From positions 4,915 to 68,914 of the IMG/VR virus record IMGVR_UViG_3300031951_000113: DNA of 64,000 nt. One strand, 5' to 3'. Under the pieces are notes generated by a model, which did not search any database, had not been told where the DNA came from, and saw only the letters and a program-made list of their open reading frames with translations. This stretch comes from a virus. This document shows positions 46,703-56,160 of this stretch, one piece after another. The position numbers and the translations under genes were made by a program. Position 1 is the stretch's first letter, and every line of letters starts with the position of its first letter.

Positions 46703-48940
46703 ATGTCTTCTTCTACAAACGACCTTCTTTTGGAGACGCTTGATGATAGTGGGACTCCCCCTAGAACTCGCATCAAAGATGCAAAGAGTGCGAGGGAGAT
46801 CTACCACAGGCTTTTAAAAGCTGACGAGCAGTCTGCTAGAAACAGGGCGGCTATAGATGAAATGTTTGCCGGGGCCCCTCCTTACGATGATGCTGAGCTG
46901 AGGGCTACTGGACAGGCCGCTAGAGCTAATGTTAACTTTGGGGAAGCTGACGCACTACTGGAGTCTGCTTTGTCTGGGTATGTTGATTTGCTTTCCAGTG
47001 TCGAGGTTTTGATAAACTTCAAGACCAAGTTTGGCGACCCTCAAGAGAGGTTGGATTACGAAGACACTATTAGTGAAGAGATTACTCGTATGCTCCGTGG
47101 GTGGAACTCGTACACACCTAACTGGTTAAGGCTAGCTACACATTTTGTAGCGCACGGCGTCGGTTTTACGTATTTTGAGTCTGACTTGGACTGGCGTTGG
47201 CGCGTCGGTGGGTGGAGCGATTTTCTGATTCCCCGTAAGACTTTAGCTAGTGAGTCTGAGATAGAGGTAGCGTGTTGTTCTAGAGTTATGCAGGCTCAGC
47301 AGTTGTACCGTTTTATAGAAGACGAGCAGAAGGCTTTAGAGTTAGGGTGGAACGTTAGTGCGGTTAAGAAAGCTATCAAGGACGCTGTCTCCAACTCCCC
47401 TGCTTCTGGCGGGCACTCTACTGACTGGGAGGCTATTGTTAGGGAGATGAAAAGCAACGATCTATATGTTGGCGTGGCTACATCGTCTGAAATTAAAGTT
47501 GTGCATATTTGGAATGTAGAGTTCGACGGGACTGTTACTCATTCTATTATCCTTCGAGATGACGCTACTGATAAAGAAGACTTTTTGTATCGCAGAGTTG
47601 GGAAGTTTTCTCGTATGGAGCAGGCGTTTACAATATTTACATATGGCGTAGGGGTTAACGGCCAGTACCACAGTATACGAGGTTTAGGCGCTAAGATATT
47701 TACTGAAATACAAACCAGTAATAGGCTAAGGTGCCAGATGGTCGACGGAGCGCTTCTTAGCAGCAGCGTCATACTTCAACCAGCCAACGAAGACGCTCTC
47801 CAGAATTTGCAGTTGTCTTATTTTGGACCGTACAGCATATTGTCTCCTGGGGTTGAGATCCAAGAGCGGTCTATCCCTAACATGTCTACCAGTGTTCTTC
47901 CTGTGTTACAAGACATGTCTAGGTTGATTACGAATCGTACAAGCGGATACCAGGCTTCCGCTACAGAAGTTGACACACGCCAAAAAACTAAATACGAAAT
48001 ACAATCTCAACAAAGTGACAGAGCTAGGCTTAGCACTTCCGCGCTTTCTTTATTCTACGACCCTCTAGAGCGATTATTTAGAGAGGTTGTTCGTCGTGTA
48101 TGCCGTAGGGATTACTACCCTTCTGAGCCAGGAGGAGACTCTGTTAGAGAGTTTAAAAAGCGCTGTTTTGAGCGAGGGGTGCCTTTGGAGGCGATATATC
48201 AGGTAGATCTGGCTCGTGTAACCGCTGTAAGAGCCATAGGCGCTGGAAGCGAGCAGATGCGTCAGTTAACTTTTGATGAGTTTAGCCAGATAGCCCCGGC
48301 GTTTGACGAGTTTGGCAGACAGAATCTTTTGAGGGATAGGGTGGCGGCTAGGATCGGTTACGCTAACTCCGACAGGTACGTACAGAAACCTACTTCTGAA
48401 AGCCGACCTTTGATGGACGAGAAGTTTGCTAATCTTGAGAATAACACATTGATGGCTGGGACCCAGCTGCCTACCTACCCTAACGATAACCACACTGTAC
48501 ATGCTAAGAGCCATATCGCTGCCCTGTCTCAAGGAGTTAACGGTTTGAATGAGGGCGCTTCCGACATAGCCACCGTGATTCCGGGGTTGGTTGCCTTGCT
48601 AGAGCACGCAACTTTACATATCGAAGCCCAATCTGCAGACCCAACAGTAACTGAAGAAGCAGCTGCAAATAGAAAGATTTTGTCTCAATTAACTGAAGTC
48701 GTCACTAATGGCGCTAAGCATGTTCAGAAATTAAATGAGCAGTCGGCTAATGTAGCTTCTGAGCCTGGTAATTCTGACCAGCAATCGGCTCTAGCTTCTA
48801 AGATAGAAGAAAGCAGAGTTAAGCAGAGGCTTATGATGGAAGAAGCGGACACCAAACGCCAGATTCGTATGGCTGATGCGGCTCAAGAACGGGCTTTTAA
48901 AGACGCCGATAAAGCTCAAGAGATTGCGTCTGGGGTGTAA
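46703..48940 (+). CDS. portal protein (putative)
   Basis: About 745 aa after terL; HGVG, T..EI..Q motifs, helical tail with 'DNH.VH..H'. Confidence 0.7.
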   Translation: MSSSTNDLLLETLDDSGTPPRTRIKDAKSAREIYHRLLKADEQSARNRAAIDEMFAGAPPYDDAELRATGQAARANVNFGEADALLESALSGYVDLLSSVEVLINFKTKFGDPQERLDYEDTISEEITRMLRGWNSYTPNWLRLATHFVAHGVGFTYFESDLDWRWRVGGWSDFLIPRKTLASESEIEVACCSRVMQAQQLYRFIEDEQKALELGWNVSAVKKAIKDAVSNSPASGGHSTDWEAIVREMKSNDLYVGVATSSEIKVVHIWNVEFDGTVTHSIILRDDATDKEDFLYRRVGKFSRMEQAFTIFTYGVGVNGQYHSIRGLGAKIFTEIQTSNRLRCQMVDGALLSSSVILQPANEDALQNLQLSYFGPYSILSPGVEIQERSIPNMSTSVLPVLQDMSRLITNRTSGYQASATEVDTRQKTKYEIQSQQSDRARLSTSALSLFYDPLERLFREVVRRVCRRDYYPSEPGGDSVREFKKRCFERGVPLEAIYQVDLARVTAVRAIGAGSEQMRQLTFDEFSQIAPAFDEFGRQNLLRDRVAARIGYANSDRYVQKPTSESRPLMDEKFANLENNTLMAGTQLPTYPNDNHTVHAKSHIAALSQGVNGLNEGASDIATVIPGLVALLEHATLHIEAQSADPTVTEEAAANRKILSQLTEVVTNGAKHVQKLNEQSANVASEPGNSDQQSALASKIEESRVKQRLMMEEADTKRQIRMADAAQERAFKDADKAQEIASGV

Positions 48941-48952
48941 TATTCAAGTCAC

Positions 48953-49246
48953 ATGACGACAAAAGCAGATTGGGACCGTAATGAGTCTCTTCGAACTAAA
49001 TTAGCAGATATTCTTAACGAAGAGCCGCTGAAACAAGCTTTAGAGGTTTGCCTCTCGATGGAGACAGACATACCTAATCACTTTGTAGGAGCAGTAGACA
49101 TACTACATCAAGCGGCTCTTAGCGGGTCCGCTAGAGAAGGGTATTTCCGGTTTTACCGGAATTTAAAAGCGCTTACAAAAGAGCCAACCAAGCCCCTTGG
49201 TTTTTCGGAACCTTGGGGCCACGTTAAACCAACAAACCAAAAATAA
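48953..49246 (+). CDS. hypothetical protein
   Basis: 97 aa between portal and scaffold. Confidence 0.65.
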   Translation: MTTKADWDRNESLRTKLADILNEEPLKQALEVCLSMETDIPNHFVGAVDILHQAALSGSAREGYFRFYRNLKALTKEPTKPLGFSEPWGHVKPTNQK

Positions 49247-49249
49247 ATC

Positions 49250-50419
49250 ATGCCAGATACAGAACCATCTTCGGATGCACAAACACACCAAGACAGCCAA
49301 GCTACAGAAACTCAACAAAACAGTTTGGGGGAAACGACCTCTCCTGAGCCTAACAGTGAGTATGAGCCGTCTTGGTTTGCAGCTTTAGATAAAGCTTTTG
49401 AAGAGGCCGAGGCCTCTGACGATCAAAAGCCTGAAGATAACGCTGAGGAAGAGCCGTCTAGTGAGGAGGATAAAACTGACGAGTCTACTGTTAAAGAGGT
49501 CGAAGACGAAACTAAGTCTATGACAGCCAACGCTGGGGCTAGGTTTAAAGAGATTAAAGCAGAAGCCAAAGCAGCACGAGCCAGAGTAGCGGAATTAGAA
49601 GCTAAAATCACGCAGCTAGAAAGCGCTAAATCTGAGACTTTGGAGGATCCTGAAAAACTAAAATCTGCGTTGTCCGAAAAAGAGTTGAAGATCTCTGAGT
49701 ATGAAAAGGAGTTGGCCATTTCTAGGTTTGAGGCGACGCAGGAGTACAAAGAGTCTGTTGTCGCACCAATGGCGGCTATTCTAGGCGTTGTGGAAGAACT
49801 TTCTAAGGAGTACGACATTTCTGAGAGAGCTATTTTGAACGTGCTTGAAGAGCCAAACCATAAGAAGCAGGGGCAAATGATCTCCGATTTGGCCGGTAAT
49901 TTTTCTGAGCGCGACAGGTTTAGCTTATATCAGTTAGGGGATGACTATGCTGCTGTAATTGAACAGAGAGATACTCTTAGAGCGAGGGCTTCTGAAGCTT
50001 TAGCTGCTAGAGATAAAGCTTTGCAGCTCCAAGAAAGCAAAAAATCCGAAGAGTCGAAAGCTGCGTGGGGGGATTCTGTTAAATCTGTTTGGGAGACGTT
50101 TAAAAGCAAAATACCAATGCCGGAATCTGCAGAGGAGAGGTCTAAGTTTGAATCTGAAGTGGTTTCTCAGGTTTCTAACGTTAATTTTGACAAGCTTTCT
50201 AATGAGCACAAGGCTTTTGCAGCGTACTCCGGCGCGGTACTCCCAGAAGTTATTAAAAAAAACAAAGCTTTATCTTCAGAAGTATCTGAGCTTAAAAACG
50301 CTTTGAAGAAATATCAGAAAGCCACCCCTGGCGCTGGAGTTGGAAGCGACTCTAAACCTAAAGATGTTGATTCTACGTTAAGTTTTTTGGACTCCATAGA
50401 AAAACATTTCGTCATGTAA
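49250..50419 (+). CDS. capsid scaffolding protein (putative)
   Basis: Acidic N-term, RFKE plus coiled coil, directly upstream of capsid. Confidence 0.7.
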   Translation: MPDTEPSSDAQTHQDSQATETQQNSLGETTSPEPNSEYEPSWFAALDKAFEEAEASDDQKPEDNAEEEPSSEEDKTDESTVKEVEDETKSMTANAGARFKEIKAEAKAARARVAELEAKITQLESAKSETLEDPEKLKSALSEKELKISEYEKELAISRFEATQEYKESVVAPMAAILGVVEELSKEYDISERAILNVLEEPNHKKQGQMISDLAGNFSERDRFSLYQLGDDYAAVIEQRDTLRARASEALAARDKALQLQESKKSEESKAAWGDSVKSVWETFKSKIPMPESAEERSKFESEVVSQVSNVNFDKLSNEHKAFAAYSGAVLPEVIKKNKALSSEVSELKNALKKYQKATPGAGVGSDSKPKDVDSTLSFLDSIEKHFVM

Positions 50420-50427
50420 AAAAAGTA

Positions 50428-50455
50428 TTGACATCATTATGTCTTTACTTATTTT
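50428..50455 (+). promoter_or_regulatory. promoter upstream of major capsid gene
   Basis: TTGACA-16-TATTTT with upstream A-tract. Confidence 0.5.
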
Positions 50456-50584
50456 GCTATCGCGGTCTGGATACCGCTAAATATTCAGGACAATTCAAAG
50501 AGCTTAACGCCCCGCAAGGGGCCCTTCCTTGGCTCGGGAAGGGAAACAACAACCCAACCCAAAATTCAACCAAGAAAGTAATTT

Positions 50585-51775
50585 ATGCCTTTCGATATTG
50601 ATCATCTTTTGGTGAATGAGGCTAACCGTATCGGTCCTGACATTTACCATAAATCCCTTAACACGTCACCTTGGCTTAAGCTTTGCAAAAAAGCTACATG
50701 GCCTGATGAGATGGGCACTTCCATTTCCGTGATGACCTATCAGCGTTCGCTTCCTACTGCAGCTCAGGCGTGGTCTGATGTAGGTTTCAATACTGGCTCG
50801 GGCTCTAACTGCGTTCCTTCTGCCACTGTAGTTGAGTTCGCTCAGACCCTTCGTAACTTCAACCTTCAGCAGACTGCTATCGAGTCTCCGAAGATTTGCG
50901 TAAACGACCTTCGCTTCACTATGAAGCGCAAAGAGCAACTCTCCAACATCTTCCGTATCCTCACTGAGAATACAAGCTATGCGTGGATTGAGCGTTATCG
51001 TAGTGAATACAGCCGCTTGGCTGAAAACAAAGTGCTTCCTGTCACTGTTTCTACGACGGCGCAGTTGGTGTTCGGCACTGGCGGCAACTTCCCCAACGTT
51101 CCCGTTGGAGCTGCTCCTAGCCGCTTGACTCAGGGCATCCTTGATCGCTTGTATATGCGCCTCATTCGCGATGGTGCTGGCAACAATCCTTTCGGCCGCG
51201 AGAATGGCCGTCCTCAGTTCGCCATCATCACTAGCTCGGAGCAGAGCAACGGCCTCATTCTTGAGAACACCGCTGTTCGCGAAGACTACCGCTACAGCAC
51301 CAAGGTTAGCGAGCTCCTCGCTCCTCTTGGCGTTGAGCGCGCCTACAAGGGCTTCTACCACCTCATCGACGACTTCGCACCTCGTTGGAACTGGAGTGGC
51401 AGCGCCTGGGTCCGTGTTCCGCATTACGTTCGTAGCACTACTGGCACCTTTAATACTGGTTCCGGCCGTTGGGACATCAATCCTGACTACCTTACTGCTA
51501 CGTACGAAGATACCTTCGTGTTCCACACTGATGTGTTGGAGTGCATGATTCCCGCCCCAATCACCGCTCCTGGCGGCAACACTAAGTTCGACCCTGTCTC
51601 GTACATGGGCGAGTTTAAGTGGCTCAACATCCGTGACACTGCCGACAATCCTGACGGCACCATCGGATATTTCCGCGCTGTTCTTAGCTCTGGAAGTAAG
51701 CCCGTGTTCCCTGAATGGGGCTATGTGATTCGTCACGCACGTTGCGATTCCTCGCTCGGACTCCTCAGCTGCTAA
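50585..51775 (+). CDS. major capsid protein (putative)
   Basis: 396 aa after scaffold; strong codon bias; downstream hairpin. Confidence 0.8.
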   Translation: MPFDIDHLLVNEANRIGPDIYHKSLNTSPWLKLCKKATWPDEMGTSISVMTYQRSLPTAAQAWSDVGFNTGSGSNCVPSATVVEFAQTLRNFNLQQTAIESPKICVNDLRFTMKRKEQLSNIFRILTENTSYAWIERYRSEYSRLAENKVLPVTVSTTAQLVFGTGGNFPNVPVGAAPSRLTQGILDRLYMRLIRDGAGNNPFGRENGRPQFAIITSSEQSNGLILENTAVREDYRYSTKVSELLAPLGVERAYKGFYHLIDDFAPRWNWSGSAWVRVPHYVRSTTGTFNTGSGRWDINPDYLTATYEDTFVFHTDVLECMIPAPITAPGGNTKFDPVSYMGEFKWLNIRDTADNPDGTIGYFRAVLSSGSKPVFPEWGYVIRHARCDSSLGLLSC

Positions 51776-51798
51776 TAAGTAGCTGCTCTGGCATGAAC

Positions 51799-51827
51799 GG
51801 CCAGCCTCGTTAAACGCGGGGCTGGCC
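51799..51827 (+). terminator. GC hairpin after capsid gene
   Basis: ggccagc..gctggcc; no U-tract. Confidence 0.45.
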
Positions 51828-51845
51828 AAGCCTAGCATAAATTAT

Positions 51846-52142
51846 ATGAAAAGTTCTATTTCTTTTCCCGCTCCTAATGGTTTTTCGGCTCCAGAGGACT
51901 CTAAACCCGGTCAGCCTTTTGAAGTAATGGCCACTGTTGTAATGGGTGGTGACGGGCTATTGACGCTTAGCGCTGTTGATGGAGTACCTGTGGCAAACTC
52001 TGAATACGATGAGGAAGCCGAAAACGAAAGCTCAGCTGAGTCTGAAGCCGAAAACCAGACTGAAACTGGTGAGAATGAGATTCCTCCAGGAGAAGGTTTT
52101 TTGATGGCTATCGAAAAGGGGGCTTCTAAAAGCATGAAATAG
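51846..52142 (+). CDS. acidic hypothetical protein
   Basis: 98-aa ORF. Confidence 0.65.
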   Translation: MKSSISFPAPNGFSAPEDSKPGQPFEVMATVVMGGDGLLTLSAVDGVPVANSEYDEEAENESSAESEAENQTETGENEIPPGEGFLMAIEKGASKSMK

Positions 52143-52163
52143 CGGTCGTAACTCCGTAATTTA

Positions 52164-52730
52164 ATGAACTGGGTTTTTGATCTAGATGAGCGAACTATTT
52201 TGGATGCTGACGAAGGTGGCAAGGTATCTTCTTTCCCTTTGTCGTTTCCGGACAAATACCCAATTAAGATTTCTTTACGTAAGTACAATTCCAACTACAG
52301 AGTTGACGGGAATCTAGCTATTGCTGTTAAGCAATCTAAGTTGCCTAACTCCGATTATCTTGCTTTAGGGCTAATTCCTATTGTTTCTGTTGGGAATAGC
52401 GAATACTTTGGGGAACTAAACTTAAACACTCAGGAGGTCGACGATCTTTTAGACTCAATTGAGTCTAACGCCAGAGTAAAAACTAAAGTTATAAACGCTT
52501 CTTTAGAGGTGACTTTAGTTAGTGATGAAGAGGAGGTATCTTGTCTCCCTATAAAAGCTTCGATCTCGCGACGTAGTTTCATTTCCGGAAACCCAGGGCC
52601 TACTGTTTCTGTAAGCTCTTTAGCAACTCAATCTGAAGCCGAAGCTGGGGTAAGCAATGTTAATTGGATGTCCCCTCTAAGGACATTCCAAGCCATAAGT
52701 AATCGGCTTTCTGGCATCGAGTTTATGTAA
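52164..52730 (+). CDS. putative virion structural protein
   Basis: LNLNT and ATQSEAEAG..MSPLRT fibre-type motif. Confidence 0.6.
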   Translation: MNWVFDLDERTILDADEGGKVSSFPLSFPDKYPIKISLRKYNSNYRVDGNLAIAVKQSKLPNSDYLALGLIPIVSVGNSEYFGELNLNTQEVDDLLDSIESNARVKTKVINASLEVTLVSDEEEVSCLPIKASISRRSFISGNPGPTVSVSSLATQSEAEAGVSNVNWMSPLRTFQAISNRLSGIEFM

Positions 52731-52732
52731 CT

Positions 52733-55048
52733 ATGCCTGTAAAATCTATACAGTTTGGAGTGCCTAGCACTAGCCCGTCACCCCCAACTACAGGAGTGAA
52801 GTTGTTTTATGGGGCTGATGGCGTCTTTAAAACTGTAGCGCCTGATGGGTCTGTAGAAGAAATATCTGGAGGAGGCGGTGGCGGCGGTAACGCAAGTGTA
52901 GTTTTTGGCCCCACCGCACCGGAGAACCCGTATCAAGGTCTAAGGTGGGTAAATACAAGTGATGGTAGAATTTACGATTGGGTTGATTCTTTTTGGGTGG
53001 AGCTAACTGGTGTTGGTGGTGGAGGAGGCGCTCAAGGAGTTCAGGGTTCTCAAGGGCTACAAGGCCCAAGTGGGGGAGCTCAAGGAGACCAGGGCGTGCC
53101 AGGTGTGCCGGGGCCGCAAGGAGCCCAAGGAGATCAGGGTTTTCAAGGAGATCTCGGCGTACAAGGAGCACAGGGAGACCAAGGTTACCAAGGCCCCCAA
53201 GGAGATCAGGGTTTTCAAGGAGATCTCGGCGTACAAGGAGCACAGGGAGACCAAGGTTACCAAGGCCCCCAGGGAGATCAGGGTTTTCAAGGAGATCTCG
53301 GCGTTCAAGGGGCGCAGGGAAGTCAGGGGGCGCAGGGATTTCAGGGAGACCAAGGATCAGATGGCGTGCAAGGAGACCAAGGTAGTTTTGGGCAGCAAGG
53401 CTACCAAGGCGAAACTGGAGCTGGCTTTCAAGGGTTCCAGGGCCTGCAAGGTTCTGTTGGGCTGCAGGGGCTTGTCGGGACTCAAGGCATTACTGGAGCT
53501 CAGGGCGCTCAAGGACGCCAGGGGAGCCAAGGTGATCAAGGCGGGTCTGGAGCTCAAGGATACCAAGGGCAGGGGTTTCAAGGTTCTTCGGGCCCTCAAG
53601 GACTACAGGGCTCTCAGGGGTTGCAAGGCAGCCAAGGAGCTTCTGGGGTTAACGGAACTAACGGGTTTCAAGGTTTCCAAGGTACGGCAGGCCCTCAAGG
53701 AATTTCTGGTTTGCAAGGTTTTGTAGGCGCGCAGGGTTCCCAAGGAAGCCAAGGACTTCATGGGCCGCAGGGTTTTGTTGGGGTGCAAGGCCCAGCAGGC
53801 AATCAAGGCGGTATAGGTTCACAAGGCTCTCAAGGACGGCAGGGAAACCAAGGCGAACAAGGCAATTTAGGTTTTCAGGGCGCTCAAGGTAACCAAGGTT
53901 TTTCTGGGCCTCAGGGCTCCGTCGGCACGCAAGGTGCCGTAGGCAGTCAGGGCTCCGTTGGAGTGCAAGGTTCTCAAGGAAACCAAGGGTCTTCTGGGCC
54001 TCAGGGCTCCGTTGGCACGCAAGGAGCCGTCGGCAGCCAAGGCGTAGTAGGGGCTCAAGGCAGCACAGGGCTTCAAGGCTCTGTTGGTCAACAAGGTTCT
54101 GTCGGCGTGCAAGGCCCAGCAGGCAATCAAGGCGGTATAGGTTCACAAGGCTCTCAAGGACGGCAGGGAAACCAAGGCGAACAAGGCAATTTAGGTTTTC
54201 AGGGCGCTCAAGGTAACCAAGGTTTTTCTGGGCCTCAGGGCTCCGTCGGCACGCAAGGAGCCGTCGGCAGCCAAGGCGTAGTCGGGGCTCAAGGCAGCAC
54301 AGGGCTTCAAGGCTCTGTTGGTCAACAAGGTTCTGTCGGCGTGCAAGGAACTGTAGGTAACCAAGGTGTAGTCGGGGCTCAAGGCAGCACAGGGCTTCAA
54401 GGCTCTGTTGGTCAACAAGGTTCTGTCGGCGTGCAAGGAACTGTAGGTAACCAAGGTGTAGTCGGGGCTCAAGGCTCTCAAGGACGGCAGGGAAACCAAG
54501 GGTTTCAAGGAGATGTAGGCGCTCAAGGAGCCCAAGGCCGCCAAGGTTCTAATGGGTTACAAGGGTCTGTTGGGTCGCAAGGCTCTACAGGCAGCCAAGG
54601 CAGTACTGGGTCGCAAGGTTCTGTCGGACAGCAGGGTTCTGTAGGCGTGCAGGGCGGAGTTGGAAGCCAAGGCACACAAGGCGTTCAAGGCTCTCAAGGA
54701 TCTCAGGGCAAGTCTATTATAGTTTCTAGGTCAAACTCCGTAATATCAGCTGGCGCTTTGAGTTTGGATTTAAGTTCTTCTTCTGTGTTTGTCTCAACTG
54801 TTACTTCCGCTGTAACAGTTTCTTTTGTTAACCCCCCGGCTTCTGGAACTGTTTGTTCTTTTATAGTTCAGCTTAAAGGCAACGGCACTCAGTATAGTGT
54901 TACCTGGCCTGCTTCTGTACGATGGGACCAAAATATCGTTCCAGTGCTGACTTGGACTGCTAATAGAACTGATAATTTGTCGTTTTTCACCCATGATGGG
55001 GGTGTTACGTATTTTGGTTCTTTGATTGGTCAAAATTACTATCCATGA
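52733..55048 (+). CDS. collagen-like (Gly-X-Gln) fibre protein
   Basis: Long, nearly continuous GxQ triplet run with globular ends (W.N.SDG..Y.W; VTWP.SV.W). Confidence 0.9.
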   Translation: MPVKSIQFGVPSTSPSPPTTGVKLFYGADGVFKTVAPDGSVEEISGGGGGGGNASVVFGPTAPENPYQGLRWVNTSDGRIYDWVDSFWVELTGVGGGGGAQGVQGSQGLQGPSGGAQGDQGVPGVPGPQGAQGDQGFQGDLGVQGAQGDQGYQGPQGDQGFQGDLGVQGAQGDQGYQGPQGDQGFQGDLGVQGAQGSQGAQGFQGDQGSDGVQGDQGSFGQQGYQGETGAGFQGFQGLQGSVGLQGLVGTQGITGAQGAQGRQGSQGDQGGSGAQGYQGQGFQGSSGPQGLQGSQGLQGSQGASGVNGTNGFQGFQGTAGPQGISGLQGFVGAQGSQGSQGLHGPQGFVGVQGPAGNQGGIGSQGSQGRQGNQGEQGNLGFQGAQGNQGFSGPQGSVGTQGAVGSQGSVGVQGSQGNQGSSGPQGSVGTQGAVGSQGVVGAQGSTGLQGSVGQQGSVGVQGPAGNQGGIGSQGSQGRQGNQGEQGNLGFQGAQGNQGFSGPQGSVGTQGAVGSQGVVGAQGSTGLQGSVGQQGSVGVQGTVGNQGVVGAQGSTGLQGSVGQQGSVGVQGTVGNQGVVGAQGSQGRQGNQGFQGDVGAQGAQGRQGSNGLQGSVGSQGSTGSQGSTGSQGSVGQQGSVGVQGGVGSQGTQGVQGSQGSQGKSIIVSRSNSVISAGALSLDLSSSSVFVSTVTSAVTVSFVNPPASGTVCSFIVQLKGNGTQYSVTWPASVRWDQNIVPVLTWTANRTDNLSFFTHDGGVTYFGSLIGQNYYP
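53129..54480 (+). repeat. higher-order duplications within collagen gene
   Basis: 72-nt unit at 53129/53201/53273; block at 53783 repeated 324 nt later; 90-nt unit at 54275/54365/54455. Confidence 0.85.
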
Positions 55049-55902
55049 GCGCGGGGACCTCCATACACTCTAGAAACAGGTTTAAGACTTACCAGAGCTC
55101 CCCCAACAACATACCTGGGCTAGTTTTGCTTTTAGACTCGTCTGTGGGGGTCACCGCGTCTGCAGGTGCTGTCTCTAGTTGGGCAGATGTGACCACTGGA
55201 AGGGGTACTGAACTCATTCAGGGGGTCCCCGAGCTACGCCCTTCTGTCGGCGTGTCGTTAAACGGAAAGCCCACTATACGGTTTAGTAGAGACTATTTGT
55301 ACTGCGCTGATTTTACTAAGTTTAATTTAGGCACTAACAGCCTTCTTATGTACGTTGTTTGTAGCTTAGACAGCGGCGGAAGTTCTGGAAGAGTGTCTTT
55401 TATTTCTGGGAAATTTGGTCATTTGAATTACCCTACTGGGACGACCAACGGTGTTGGGCGATATTATATTGGTAAAGACAATAATAACTACGTCTATGGG
55501 GCTTACTGGACTAATGGTTTATTTAATGGCTATGATACTATAGCTAATTTTTCAACCGCATATAGAATTTATATGCTTAATTTGCAACGGGTCTCCACAG
55601 GCACTATGACTAACGGTTTGTACGTTCATGGACGAGCTGCCATGACTACCACAGCTACCGACAATAAAGGAAATTGGGTGCCTAACATGCCTTTTTGCGT
55701 TGGGGCCCCGTGCAAGCATGACGGAACTTTGTACACATCTTTAAATGACATAGCTGTAAACAGCTCAACGAGAGAGTTCATGGCAGGGAATGTTGCTGAA
55801 GTGGGGCTTTTTCAGCGAGATTTTTTATTTAGGGGGGACGAAATCACTTTAATAAATCAGTACCTTGTTCGAAAATGGGGATTATCCGCTTTGTCAGCTT
55901 AA
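55045..55902 (+). CDS. LamG/ConA-like virion protein
   Basis: L.L.LD..VSSW.D, LNG.P.I.F, G.VAEV..YL..KWGL. Confidence 0.7.
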   Translation: MSAGTSIHSRNRFKTYQSSPNNIPGLVLLLDSSVGVTASAGAVSSWADVTTGRGTELIQGVPELRPSVGVSLNGKPTIRFSRDYLYCADFTKFNLGTNSLLMYVVCSLDSGGSSGRVSFISGKFGHLNYPTGTTNGVGRYYIGKDNNNYVYGAYWTNGLFNGYDTIANFSTAYRIYMLNLQRVSTGTMTNGLYVHGRAAMTTTATDNKGNWVPNMPFCVGAPCKHDGTLYTSLNDIAVNSSTREFMAGNVAEVGLFQRDFLFRGDEITLINQYLVRKWGLSALSA

Positions 55903-55925
55903 TTTTTTGTGATACATTTACCATT

Positions 55926-56123
55926 ATGACTATTGACTTTCCAAATAACCCAGTTATGAATCAGTCGTATAGTTTTTCAGGAAAACACTGGAAATGGAAC
56001 GGGTATGCTTGGGAGTCTATAGCAACGCCTTTTGTTCTACCTCCATTGAGCTCCTCAGACATAGAAGATTTTGTCCCTGCTGTTAACGAGGCAATAACCG
56101 AAGTTGACGCGGGGGCATTTTAA
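55926..56123 (+). CDS. small fibre-associated protein
   Basis: IDFP.NP..Q.Y...GK.WKWNG.AW. Confidence 0.65.
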   Translation: MTIDFPNNPVMNQSYSFSGKHWKWNGYAWESIATPFVLPPLSSSDIEDFVPAVNEAITEVDAGAF

Positions 56124-56160
56124 ATGAAAACCCTAACCTACTAATAGACAATAATACACC

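Noticed and set aside
50666-51838. 390-aa antisense ORF over the capsid gene
   Set aside because: Shadow of strong codon bias. The same applies to alternative-frame ORFs over 21.8-26.7, 52.8-54.6 and 58.2-61.3 kb.
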